From Laetmonice hystrix (taxonomy: Eukaryota): a stretch of DNA of 64,000 nt. A program made the translations under genes and the position numbers. Shown here one piece after another: positions 34,946 through 49,200 of the stretch. The stretch spans positions 31,310,001-31,374,000 of the forward strand of contig OZ249437.1 of NCBI GenBank assembly GCA_965235115.1, written 5' to 3'. Under the pieces are notes generated by a model. That model ran no database searches. It was given only the letters and a program-made list of their open reading frames with translations, and was not told the origin of the DNA. Position 1 is the stretch's first letter. Each line of letters begins with the position of its first letter.

Positions 34946-37900
34946 CATTATCGGTCGGAATTAGGTTGGCTGGTGTGGCAACTACACCATCTCCGCCCGT
35001 TCTCCGGATAGATAGGAACTATAGATTATCGGCGTGACTTAACTCTGAGAGACAACAGACAATTCATAATAAAGACCAGGGGTTGGCATAATAACAACAA
35101 TGAGTCGGTGTCACTTTTTACACTTTTATTAAAGTATAAAGAACAATAAATTCCAGATAAAAATAATTGCTATTTGTCTAGCTATTTCCTTTAAAATCCA
35201 GTGTTCACCCTTGGGATACAGTGACTAATGTATAGGTGTTCCTGACCATGTCACGGGCAGCGGCCACAGTCTGTGGGGTATATACAGTGTCCAATTGTAT
35301 GCCTTTCTCGTTCTTGCATCTGTTTTTTTAAATATTTACACTGCATATCATAGTGCAAAGACAGTGAAAAATTCCTATGTTCATGCTCCACCCAATGGGT
35401 GGTTCCTGGGTTATTCCCGTAGCATTGCCAACAATGGTGCACTGGCTTATGTACAGTCATATACATATGCAAATTAGCCCGTGACATTATCGAGGAATCG
35501 ACCTATGAGCAAATACCATCTTTTTGAGCAAAAATTTGGATTGCACAAACATCCTTGTGGCAAGAAATAAGTTCTTGAAATAAGATTTTTGGTTTACACT
35601 TATCTATCATTCTTTTTGTAATTTTTAACTTTTTTGTTACATTTTTCCATATTTCGCTTAAGATTATTTATCCCTTCCCCCTCTCTGCCATGCATCCTGA
35701 GCTGTGAGCCAAAGGCCACTTGCGTACATGAAAAATCCATTGGTTGCTATGACTACCAGTCCAGTACGACACCATTTCATTGCTCAATTTAAGGCCCTTT
35801 GTTTTTACACTGATATTTGGATTTCACATTCGCTGCACCGCTTCGAGACAGTAAACCATGAACTAGATGTATTCACTAAGTGTAGCTAGGTAAGGAAATG
35901 ATATGTCTTATACAGGTATAGTTATCTTTAACTGCAACCGTTTGATTATTGTACCTCAATAGACAACACTAAGACATCTATCTGAGAATATCAGTTGTAA
36001 TATTTAGGTTTCGTAGTAGGATTATTACTAGTAATAGTTGTAGTAGTAGAAGTAGTTGGGGACCATGATCATACAAAACACGGCTATCACAAATAGTCGT
36101 CATCAATGTCATAAGTTTGTAACGTCACAACCACAGCACCACACGAAACTGGTCCTATCACGGGATATCAAGACGTATCGTTGCAATCCGGATAAATAAC
36201 GTCTCTGTGACTGCATCTTTTGATATGCATATCTCGACTGCAGAGTGAGAAGGCTTCTCACTGAGATATACACAATGGTTGTATATGTCATCATGTGAGC
36301 ACATCTCCAGAGAAGAGAGAGTGTGTAAGGCCACCTAAGCACACAGAAAACCTGCTATCTGTTGAACATGTACGCAGGGGGCCCTTGCACTTCTGTTCCA
36401 CTGTTAACATGGCAGATGGGTCAGTAGGAGTCGCCTGTAGGCCCTTCCCGCCCCCCTCGTCGCTCTGCCCTCCAGTAAACATACCCAGCTGGTAAAATTC
36501 AATACAAAGTTGACTGACAGTCTGTCTAACTGACCAAAGGCACCACCTGTCTCGGTTTGTGCGACATAAAAGTTAACCTTTCTACATCTTTACATTCTAC
36601 GTGCGTTTCCTTTGGTCCTGACCATTTTGTACTTTGGTTTTATTGCAATAAATAACCGCTAGGTGGCTTTCATCAGCTGAGCAGTGCCAGCCCCCGCACG
36701 GGGAGCGTAACAGAGTGGCGAATCTGGGGCGGGGACCTATCACGTAACCCCTTATCACATTGGGTGCTTGCAATTTGCATACCATATTTGTGGCATAAAC
36801 TGAAAAACGGCTCATCTGGTGATATATTATCCACACATAATTATGTGCACTTTTAAAAAAAAAAAAAAAAAATAGTGGTGGGGTGATTGACTTTTTACAA
36901 TTACTTGCCCGAACCAATAGAATCCTACCTACTGCACTAAAGTACAGTAATAGTCTTTTGTGTGTGTGTTTACAATGAATATTCGTTTTTGTCCTCACTG
37001 CGTTCGTTACCCATTGAAATCCAAACTGACTTGGAATGCAATGACTTGATCGTCGGATACTTCCTGATGACTGGATGCATCTTGAGATCAAAGGGTGACA
37101 GTTGTATCACATGAGCTTTGTTCTGGAAAACCGTTGGGAAAAGAGGAGGCCTCAACATACAGGATCTTTGTAGGCAAATATGGCATGCACCAAAACACCC
37201 CTGGTTCTTAGCGACTAACAACTACCGATTATTTACACAAAGCCAAACAGTTGGAGGTATGAGCATTTTAACAAAAGTCTGGACAAGGTAGAATCTCCTC
37301 ACCTCCCCTTTTGCTTTGTAATATTTTTTTCTCCCTTATAAGTACCACTTTCTTATAATTATTACTATTATTTATCATTATTTATCATAATAAACACATC
37401 TGTCACCGACAACAAAAATAGGATCATGGCTAACATGGATTGTCCTCGTAAGTTATGTCCCTGTACTTACCTACTTATTAGGCAAGTCATGTACAACAAT
37501 TAATCTCAACATAGTCATATAAAATTCTGGCCATCACATTGAGTCATCAAAACGACTTTGACCATAACGAGTCTATACTAAAGCTTGTATGTTCTGACAA
37601 CTCGGCTTATCTAGGGCAAGCTGCATAGTCAAAGCCAGAGAGGGCCACCCTCAAAGGGGGCTATGGGAGGGGGCAATTACCCCTTACTGAATATTCGCTC
37701 GTTTACCAGAAAAAAGCGGCCACCTTATGACGAGGTGTGGTACTAAGAGGGACTATACCCTGTCAATTCACAAATTCGATATAGACTGGATCAATAGGAA
37801 AAAACCAAAAGATACTTTTTTCGATTTTCTGTCTTGCATATGAATGCCAAAAAATGGGACTACACACCAACAACGAAAAAACTTGCTACTAATACACACA

Positions 37901-40239
37901 TTTACAAATAGTAATAGTAGTATCAATATTACCTAAAGTTGTACAACTGGAATGTTCCAAGCACTCCCAGGGAGTTTCTACGATTGTTATATATAACAAC
38001 ATGGCGAAAACTGAACTTAAAACAGGTTTGCTCCTTGTTTTATTTTTTTTTCTCTTTTTTTTCTTTTTTTTCGATGGGGGTCCAACAAAAAAACTGCCCA
38101 AGCTTTGGCTGGGAACTCCCTGGTACAAAAATCTTGCCTTTGCTGCCAGTGTCATTCTCATTGCTACAAACCCTGCATTTGGTAGAGAACTGAGGCATGC
38201 AGAGCACGCTTAGTTGTTTTATTACTCTTACCTGGTACAAAATGAATGGGGAAAAAAACTCAATCGACCGCTTTGTCATACCTGCCTTAGCGATAATGAC
38301 TTCATAACAAATCCGTATGTCACAGACATGTAACAGATATGCAATAGATTACAATGTTATCAACACATGAAATATCTCCCGTGATATTATTGTTTACTCT
38401 TCTGTATCTTCAATTCAAACACCTAAGGAATCGATAATCATTACATCGGCTCGATATGCTACATACAGCCCAGGCGTATGTCAATACATATGCTAGCGCC
38501 CCCAAGCAACATTTACTGTACAAAAAGTCATACGCCCAGTGAAAAAGAGATATGTGGTGGTGTTGGACGGACGGAGGTTTCTTTTCTGTCCAGAGAGTTT
38601 CTGTTTTTGCACACAAATCACAAAATATTCACCCTAGTATCTAGCAGACATCGAGACGCGCCACAGTACAACAAAGAAGAACTACATGACTTTGCATTTT
38701 CTTTTTCAACTTATATAATTGTCTGTTGTCCAAGGTCAACAGAATGAGGCCATAACTTAACCTTTTCTGAAAATCCCCTCCATAATATACTATATCAACA
38801 TAACCATACCAACGACGCTCAAGTCTCAATAACCAAATAATTTACATAATAATAATAGTAGTAATAATAATTTAAACCGTCGACTTTGCTGTCACAAATA
38901 ACAAATCAGGATTCTTTAATTTTCTTTTGGTTAACTCAAGTCCATGAAATACGCTTATTGCTGAGTGTTCCTGGCTGTCAATTGCCAGCCAGGTTTGTCA
39001 CGGTCACGCCGTCAGCCATGGTAACGGTGATTGCGCGGACGGCACGTCGTCTGTCCTACCCTACAAACACACAGCAACATACACAGGCCATCAGCATACA
39101 CACCAACAACCACACAGCCTGGCCACTGCCGCCATGTTTACACGCCTCCTCCTCAATAATAACTCTCCTTCCACTGACTTCAACACTGACTGAACCATTG
39201 AGCAGTGGCAAGTATTACATGAAACCATGGACCTGATCATAAACGTGGCAAACATGCACAAGTTCGTAGGAGAAAAAGATGGCACTTCGCTGGCCATTAT
39301 AGATATATATGTAATCATAATCATTATCAAAATCATCACCATTGCCATTGTCTTCCATGACATCCGGCCTCGTTCTGAGACAGAGCTTCTCATTGGTCAA
39401 TCTCTACGTATTTCAATAATTTATGAATATCATATAACACAGTTTCAGTGTTAATGTTTGCATGTCGAGCTGCTCCTTCAGAAATTAAACCTTTACTACC
39501 AACATACGAGTCATAATATATACACATTGTCTACAATCATCAGATTATATCATTATGGCGCAGCTCAAACGTCAAACTGAACATGAATTAGTACAACATC
39601 CTAGGCATAAACTACATGAATGAATATACACATTTCTTCTCTCTCTCTCTCTTCTGTAGGTTTGATGAGACACAATTCCAGCCTATCACTGCATGAATTG
39701 TTCTGCTACAATGTATTCCTCAATCTTGGTGACCAGACGTCACGTTCAACGATGCCCCGGGCCGGAACAACAGTCTTGTGGATTCTTCTCTGAATTATCA
39801 GCCCCCTCCCACACCGAGCATCGCTGCCATGGCTTTCATTGAAATGTTTAACATGCTAAGAAGGAAAAAGAAAAGTTTCAGATGAAATGCATGACACGAG
39901 CTTCTGGGATGAACAAATATCCCCATTCAGATCAAGTTTTTTTTTTTCGTTTTTTTTTGGTAACTCATGTTTCCACCTCCCTGCTTTCACGTAACATGTC
40001 TTGACTTAGAGGCGTGTTTTTCTTGTCGCTGGGCGCGGTCGGCGAGAAACACAAGCGAACACCAGAACGAATCCACAAGTTTGCTGTGGGCGAAGTAGCG
40101 GCAGCGGCGAGCGAGGTCAAAGGTCATAGGTCAAGGTTCAAGGGCTGATAGTGGGTCGTCCGGCTACGATGGTTGGGGACGTGCAGGAGAGTGGCAGAGC
40201 AGGCATTGCCATGGTGACACAGCGAGGGTTGGCACTCAC

Positions 40240-43200
40240 CTCCCCCATTTTATTTTTTGCATACTCTATACGGATGCCACCCCTTTCTGAGGAGAGTAGG
40301 ACAAACCCTTGCAGCCGATTCATGGCCTCACTGGCAAAACGAAGATCCTGTGGAGGCAAGCGAGAAAAACATACAACTTTTATAATCGCGAAGGGAGAAA
40401 ATACATTTTTATTTTAAAACTCTCCTTTCAGTCAGGGAGAACAAACGATAAATTGAGAACGGATGCAAAGAAATATCTACTCTGTTCAAAACAAAAGGTA
40501 GCCTATATACGAAAAAACGCCGCCGGGGACCTTCGGGTGATGAGGATGAACATGAACTCTAATAAAGGGGTCTACAAACGACAGGGTCAGATAAACTACC
40601 CCCTTCACCACCATGGGTAATGTATAGCATGGACACTAAAGACGACCTCATTCTTATCTACAATGGGTCCATTCACTACCATGGGTCGGGAAATTTATGG
40701 TTTCTCGTCTAAACTCTAGTCTACTTCATAAACACGTCCCTTTATATCAACCACTGTAAGAGAACCGAGTAGAGTGTATTACTAATTCCCAGTTTTCTAC
40801 TTATCCCGTCTGAAAGCACTGATCCCTATGAATGGTACCAGACACCAGTGTCTATAAGCATCCATGTACAAAGCTATCATTACCCGACGTGTATCCTACC
40901 CGCTCAATTTTCGCTTGTTTCCAGTATAGCCAGTAGGTACCTGCGTGCCGTACCCTACTTTGGGACGGTCTAGGAAATGAATGAGGGCTGACAAAAGAAG
41001 TGGAGCTATGTACCACACGGTCTTAATGTGAGACAGCCGTTTCTAATCCACGCCCGCGATCTCGGGGGTGATTGGCCTGACGATGAAGTGGTCGCTTGGG
41101 GGCGCTATTAGTCTAATCAAATCACAGCGTTAACGGAAAGAGATTGTGTTCTTCTGAACAAATGCAATAAATAACGTCCACACCGCACTGATTTAATGAC
41201 CCGCAGCCTGGGGCGCCCTCTATGGTTGGTTAGAACTTACCTGGTATTCGACGAAGGCGACCGGTGATCCACCCTTGTTGTGCATTCGAAGTCTGCTAAA
41301 GCCAGGGAAACTGTAACAGCGAGTTATCAGGACCGTCAGCACTAGGGGAGAATGACGCAGCCTACACAGGTTGGTTGATACGACTCACTAACCTAAACTT
41401 TAAATGGTTCGTGGAATATAGAATAACGTCGTAACGTCTTGGACGGAAATACTTGAGCCAAGACGTTGTACTTGTCCAGCAAATCAATGCCACAACTTTT
41501 TGTGAACTTTTCTTTGTTTGAATGAGAATTCTTGTGCAAAGCTTTCAAAGTTACGAAACTGTTGTTAAAACTGGTACCAGTTAGGACGTATAAGAATAAT
41601 ATAGCTATCAAGTTCGAACTTAAGATTGAGACAGGCCCATATCGTGTGTGTTTAATATGACCACGTTTGTTAAGCATCTTATATTATTTTAGTGGTAGGT
41701 AACTATAAATGATGACTCTATAATGAGGAATGTTAGTAAGAGACATAAAGAACAGCCACATCATCTGGACACCACCGCCACCACCGTCACAACCACCACC
41801 ACCACCAGCCGCACCACCAAAGGCCACCGTTACCAACAAAATCATACTGCATCAATACACCAGGCCACAAACAGCTGGTCATGCCCTGGGGTACCTCAAC
41901 ACCAATCAATTTCATACAATAAATCAAAATGTCATCCAAAAATGTGTTTGGGTGAAGAGGTCTGAAAGCATATACATATATATAGCATGTTGAGTGCGGC
42001 CAGGGCATGGCAAGGAGTAGTCTCGGTTCAGGAGCGACAACTCGGGGTCTAGACGCTGAACGGAGCGCGGGCAGCAGGCGTGACGTGTTCGTGCAGTGCA
42101 CTACCGGTGGGATCTAGTGGACTACACAACATCTACCTGCTCTACGGTATTAACTAGTCTGTCCACAACTTCTCAGACCATGCCACGCGCCGTGGCTGGC
42201 TGGCTGGTTGGCCGGCGAAGCTCAAAGCCACCGATTCGCGTCCCGTGGTTGGGAAGGAAGAGGAAGAAGAAGAAGCCCCTATACCAACAGTGTCATTCAC
42301 CCACAAGAGCGATGCTGCTCGTGCCGTTAGCAAGGCCAAGTTCTGAGAGACTGTGGACAGCGTGAAACTTCGGCCACCGCAGGAGACAAGGGGACCTCGC
42401 ATTGGTCACAATCTTTTGAAATCGTCACTTTCACGAACATCAGTTCCACACGATTGGACACGGTTTCTGGTTTCGGCAGAATTAAACCAGTGGTAGAAAG
42501 TAGACCCGACTATTTGCTTCGTGCATTTTTCTTTTGAGAAACGAGTTGGTTAATTTTGGGAGTAGTTTGGAGTTGTACATTGTGGTTGGAACCGTCTCTG
42601 TAATAACGTTGGCCGATCGTCGGGTTTGGTCGGGCCAGGTCCGCGGGGCCGACAGGTGTGGGGGTGGTTGGCGGGTGGGTGTGGTCTCCTGCGCCAGGCG
42701 GGTGGTGAGAGAAGTGCGGCATGTAGTACCTGCAGAAGAGATCCTTCAGCTCTTGCTCGGAGCAGAACGGGCCGAGGTTGGCCACAAACAGAGTAGAGCA
42801 AGGTGCATTCGACGTGATGGTGGACATGCTGTTGCCGACAGGACTGCCGAGCATGGGGCTGGCAGCCGACAGCTGGGGGTGGGGCACCACGGTGGGGGCC
42901 ACCGCCGCGGGGTGGGCCATGTTCACGGGAGGGTGTACCTGTGAAAACAGCCACGCCCGGCGCTCAGTTCAACGTGCAGCGGCGGCCGACTTGGACAACA
43001 CGCCAAGGACTCAGGTCGTGTCCACCAGGGGGCGTCCTTATCGACAAGCTCTGCCAGTGGTGGGCCCATCCTACTGGTTCGATTTCACACAACATTCCAC
43101 ACCCAATTTCTTTTCTTTCATACCTAACCACAAATTTCTCTTGCAAACTAACATAAAATGCCCTAAAGCCCCGGAACTTCTTTTTTTTTTAATTTGGCAC

Positions 43201-46200
43201 ATTTATTTCCTCCTTTTTCTGCCTGCTGTTCCAGAATTTGGCAGCCCTCCACCCACAGTGCGCATCTGTTTGCGACCTTGTTGCAATGCCTGGTTGCCTG
43301 CTGCTTGGTACTAATGCCCTTTCTCATTGTGGCGAGTAGCGTGAGTGGAAGGACACAACAGTGGCGGCAAGGACGTCATTAATGTCATCGTCATCTCACA
43401 TTCAACAGCTTCAGTCCCACCGATTCACTCTTATTTAATCTAGCTCGGTTAGTAGCAGTAGTAGTTCTAGTAGTAGGGCAAGACAAGAAATAATCAACTG
43501 CATTCAAGAAAACAAGTAATATTTTTAGACGCTATTACTACTTAACATTAACAGACATCGATTTGGGTTGGGGGATTCTCTCTGGTTTGGTTTGCTGGTT
43601 TTCCTTAAAGTCTACACTCGGCTGTTGCTCTGTTCATGCAAGGGGTGCAGATTTGGTGATTCAAAATACGTACAAAAACGAAAAGAGGAGACATGGTGGA
43701 AAGGGGAAAGATTTCCGAGCTGTTTGCTAGAATATAGATGCTTCGGAATGCAACTTGTGCAGAGGCAACTTCCACCACTGAGGTCAAAGGTCATGTATGG
43801 TTACAGCTCGGACAGTCGTGGTGACACTTGGAGCCAGCCAACAGCAGAATGACGACAATATAAACTTAGGTTACACTTACTCCTGGCTGGTTCCCCAACA
43901 TCGCCTGCTGAGGAAAAGAAAAACAAACACAAGCTCAGTAACAAGGCTTCATCAAACAGTACATCTCAAACTTAACGTCTAACTGGCTTACCACCAACAA
44001 TTCTACCGCTTACTAACAAACAGTACATCTCAAACTTAACGTCTAACTGGCTTACCACCAACAATTCTACCGCTTATTAATAAACAGTACATCTCAAACT
44101 TAACGTCTAACTGGCTTACCACCAACAATTCTACCGCTTATTAACAAACAGTACATCTCAAACTTAACGTCTAACTGGCTTACCACCAACAATTCTACCG
44201 CTTACTAACAAACGGTACATCTCAAACTTAACGTCTAACTGGCTTGCCACCAACAATTCTACCGCTTGCTAACAAACAGTACATCTCAAACTTAACGTCT
44301 AACTGGCTTACCACCAACAATTCTACCGCTTACTAACAAACAGTACATCTCAACCTTAACGTCTAACTGGCTTACCACCAACAATTCTACCGCTTACTAA
44401 CAAACAGTACATCTCAACCTTAACGTCTAACTGGCTTACCACCAACAATTCTACCGCTTACTAACAAACAGTACATCTCAAACTTAACGTTTGAGATGTC
44501 GCTTACTAACTAACAGTACATCTCAAACTTAACGTCTAACTGGCTTACCACCAACAATTCTACCGCTTACTAACAAACAGTACATCTCAAACTTAACGTC
44601 TAACTGGCTTACCACCACCAATTCTACCGCTTGCTTTAACAAATATTCTGGTAAAATACGCTTCGGGATTCTTAATGTCTAAAATTCGGCCGCTCAGCCA
44701 ATCATCAGACAAGACAAATAGGGCCGGATAACCAATCATCAGACAAGACAAATAGGGCAGCATAACCAATCATCAGACAGGATAAACGGGGCTGATTTCT
44801 TTGTAAGAGTCAGACAGATTTCAGGTTTCATCCATGCACTGTCACTCGTGGGTGCGCGTCTAAAACAGTGTATCATAACTATATTATTCATAACGGTGCT
44901 CATTCAGACGAATAATATACCATCTTCTATCAACGAGTCTCGGACCTTCGACTCGGGAGAACAAATTCCAGCAATATGATAAAAACCTTGGTCAACTCAA
45001 CTTTTCGCGATGACAACATGGGTAGCAATTTTGACATCTTCTCTTGTTTCCACCCTAATTGTTATTTTCATAGTCATTTGTTTTGTTTGGCAGAACGAAT
45101 TGCGTGTCACACAGGCAAGTTTCGATTCGAGCAAGAGCAATTAAAGTTATTGACAGGAAACGGTTGTGTAATTTAATCACTGAATACATGAAATGTATAT
45201 TTAATTTTCCCTTAACGTTCTTCGAACCATAAGAAACAATAAAAAAACCGTTATAGCCAAAATATAAGTTCGAATAGAACAAGTGACCGAAGAAATAATA
45301 CTACAGGTGTCATGAACTTCAGTCTTCATTGCCGGAGGTATGGGAGGGATCACTTTTAACTTGGTACTGATCTTGCCATAATAGTCTAATTTAAACTTGT
45401 GAAAGTTATTACACTTCAATTTGGTGTTGATGACATTGTCGGGAGAATCGATTAAAACTAAATCGCTTCCTGTCTGACATCAACACACCGACTCGAGATA
45501 CGTGACGTGTCAAAGTCTACGCGAGCTGCCAAACGGTTGTCATGGCAACAGCCTCCGTCTCTTCCTATCTACTCTTGAACCATAGGAAGTCTATAACTAT
45601 AAAGGCGTCTTCAGTACTAATTCATACCAATGTCACCCCTACCTGTGTGTTGCTAGTGGTCACCGCCAGCAGACGTTAAAAACAACACTGTGATATTTCA
45701 CTCTGCTTTTCACAAACATTTCTCCCTCTTAGAATAAATAATATGCGACAACCGTTCTTCGTTCACACCGTTCACAACAGGCAATATCCTCACAGCTGAC
45801 AAATTAATGAGTTTTATATCATCAATTTGTAGCCATTCTGTCTAGTAAGTGTCCGACCATAATGGTAAACTTTTCATTGTGACAATGAAAGCTTTTATTG
45901 CACAGGTTTCGGGCAGTGGTTCCTGACATTCAATTCTACTCTCCCCTCGCAAAATATAATATTGACTCGACAATTTGTACTAAGTTATGAATTATGATCA
46001 AAAAGGTACATGGCAATTACCCAGAAAAGAATATCAAGCGCAACAGATTTTTGCTTCTTAAAAATAACTTGTGGTGAATCGAATTTAAGGGGTCTTTTTC
46101 TCTTAAAGAGTAGGTTTAGCTCTTAAAGCTAATGTGTTGGTGAATTACAAGCACCAGTTTCGTCAAATCTGATTTTCAAACGTTCTGTAAGTTGAATTTT

Positions 46201-49200
46201 TTTTTTACCGATAATGGTTGTTTCATACTTTTGACTCTAATGAGACTGCAGGCTCCATCTGGTGGCGTTCAGCAGAATTACGTGAATTAATATACTGAAC
46301 CGAAACCGTGGTTATGAAACCATAACGTCCATCAACTTGGCCGGAGTAGACTCTAGCCAAGGGTCAGGTGCGCAGTGCCGTGTACTTGTGCAATAATGGG
46401 CAAATGATCAAACTAACCCGTACCGGTACTTGGGCTAAAGCTGGGTGCTGTATCAGCGTCGGGTGGTGGTGATGCATCTGAGGGTTGAGTTCGGTGTAGG
46501 CCGCCGCCAACGGATGCGCCGCCCACGACTCCGCCATACCTGGGAAAAAGGCAGCACCTAACTCTTCTGCAATCAGGAGAAGGGGCAAAAAACACACCCA
46601 GTCAACACACTAGTAGGGTGAGCACACACTCAAGGCGGAAAGTGAGTCATTAAAACCGTGGTAGCCTAACTCTGTAGTATAGGTAAGCTCAACAGGTCAA
46701 GGTTGTAGATTAATGTCCACAGATAAATCCAAAATTATTTCCTCAACCTGACATCACAAACTGGGAGTACGTCATGGTCGCCATTGATATTGGTACCATT
46801 CACTTTCATTGCTCCAGTTTCTGAACGCCAATATCTGTAGACGAACATCTGAAGCCTACAGCACCACGGCCTAGTCCCACCATGTGATGTCACAAAGTAA
46901 GGCTATATAAACCTGGCTGGTCAAATCACGCGTGAACATTAGCCCACAAGTCAAGGGGCAGGCAAAAATAATTGATAATCCAGGTTTTAATCCAATGTTT
47001 AATTAGTTTAATGAGAACTACGGTTGGTTTGGGTTGGGAAGGGCATGTCAGCACTAATTTGCTACCTGAACTATGTATATGAAACCTTCGATTAAAAGCG
47101 AAATCAAGCTTTTCAAGTCAGTGCACACGGTATGCATAAATTATTAGGCGGCTTACGGAAGATGTCAAAATGCACTAGGATAGTGACACAAACGAGTAGG
47201 GCCTACTATTAATTCCCAGCTAATCAAGAACAAGATTATTTCACAAGGTTGTGCCATACACTGGTACACTATACTGCCACGACTACTAGTAGTTTTCTCT
47301 GTCTATTATATCTACGTGTTTGTATGTAATGTACGTGCATATATATTTATGTACCGACAGACAACTAATTCCACCACCAGTGGATTAGTGTCAATCCATT
47401 TCACAACCACAATATACAACTTAACAATTCACATCTTTGAACATTGTTTTCATGCATATATCGAACTATTAAACCGCAACTTTACTAAACAATGTATTAC
47501 CAACATATACTGGACAACATCTGAGACTCTTTCGAACAAACAGTTTTTCGTTTTGAAAAGACATACAAAAAACACTGGCAGAGGGGGAGGATGGATGACG
47601 GAGAGCGGAGAAGACCGTCTTGGCAGACGACAATGTTACCGACTTTGTGAAACGCCTGTCATTATACCCCGCTAAACGTGGCCATCGGGGAAGGTCAGGT
47701 GGGTCAAGTAAAAGGTTAGGACTCCCACCAGGATGCAAACTGCCCGCTAAATTACTGGCCTGACCTTTCTGGTGACTGGGCACCGGCCGTGCACCAACTG
47801 GACACCGGTTGTATGAGCCCGGTACTGACCATGGTCAACATCTATACCAGCCGGCCAGGCTGGGCGCTCACCCGATGGCATGAAACGTTCATAATGCCAG
47901 CCCCCATAGGACCCCCCCCCCCTTTCCTCCTCCTCAAAGAGCTGAAGTGTTGTACAAAGCAGGCCTCCTTAAACTCGAGATATTTCTGACATCACTCCCT
48001 ACATATCGTCAAACGTAGCACAGGAAACTGTTATCGTATTGAGCAAGAATCAGTCTTTAGCCGAAGACAAAGGTCAAAATCTTCATGTTCTTTTTATGAT
48101 TTCAAAGATACAGATATATGTTCTTATTTTCCAGGAATGTTCAAAATAGAGCTGAACCCGAAAATGCATGATGAATTAAAATACTCCCCCTCCCGTTGTT
48201 ACAGATAATACCTGATGTATGATCTTATTACTAAAACAACATTGTCAAAAACCTTATACATGTATAACAAATTCATAGTGTCATCAATGAAAACTTTTTT
48301 GATCATTCTGTGCCAAAAAAGTTCTATATGCCTAGACGTTCCTTGTGTTGCGTGTTGTGTGTTGTGTAGACCTGTGTGTGTTGGTGAATGGATACCATGG
48401 TGTTCCAAGGGTCTCGCCTACGGACCAGTGGGCTATATACAACTCCGTTCCTAGATCACATCCTGAAAACTGCCATTTTCTATGATGTAAGACGATCCTC
48501 TAATCAACTGGAAAACATTAATTTTGTCCACATTACACATCAACTAGACTCTATATCTTTTGTTTAGCAGTATTAGCTGTGGATTTGTTTTGCTCAAGTA
48601 TGAAATATTTAATGGTTAACGGAAGGTTACTATTTTTAATCATGCTTTAACGGAAGAAAGCCGTTAATTTGTTATTGGAAGTAATTGTTTATCAGGTTTC
48701 TGCAGGACTGGTGTCGGTTCATGCTCAGTAATTTGAACAGCAAGTAGCGCTGCTGCTACCGTTGCCGCCAGGGGGCGTTATCAACAGTGTCCTGTGCGCG
48801 TGGCGTCACGTGTTTGTCAGCATACAAGCTGTGTACCCGTGGCTCCCCCTATCTGTGGAGGGGCAGGCCGGGGCAGTGGGTGGGCGTGGCCATTCGAGTA
48901 GGCGTGGCTGGCGTTGTGTGTATGGGGTGGGGCCTATGGTTATTTGGGTCAGGGGGCGGGGCGAGCCGGGAGGGGGGCGGGGCCGGCTGGAGGTGTGCAG
49001 GGTGTACTTACGTCCAGTGATGGGGTGTACAAGTGTCGGGTGTGTGGCTGCAGGCTGGGGGGACTGTTGTTTCGGCTTCGTCACTTTTGTGTTGCTCTTA
49101 GCAAACTCTAGCCGTAGAGTCTGTGGCAGATCCGGGTCAAATCGCACGCCCTGCCGGGGGAAACCACTGGTCAGACAAGGTCGACGTGGTGACACGTGCA

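Noticed and set aside
39215-39860. Candidate terminal exons of cpo (acceptors near 39410 and 39850)
   Set aside because: Several in-frame options exist with no conserved sequence to choose between them, so none was included in the model.
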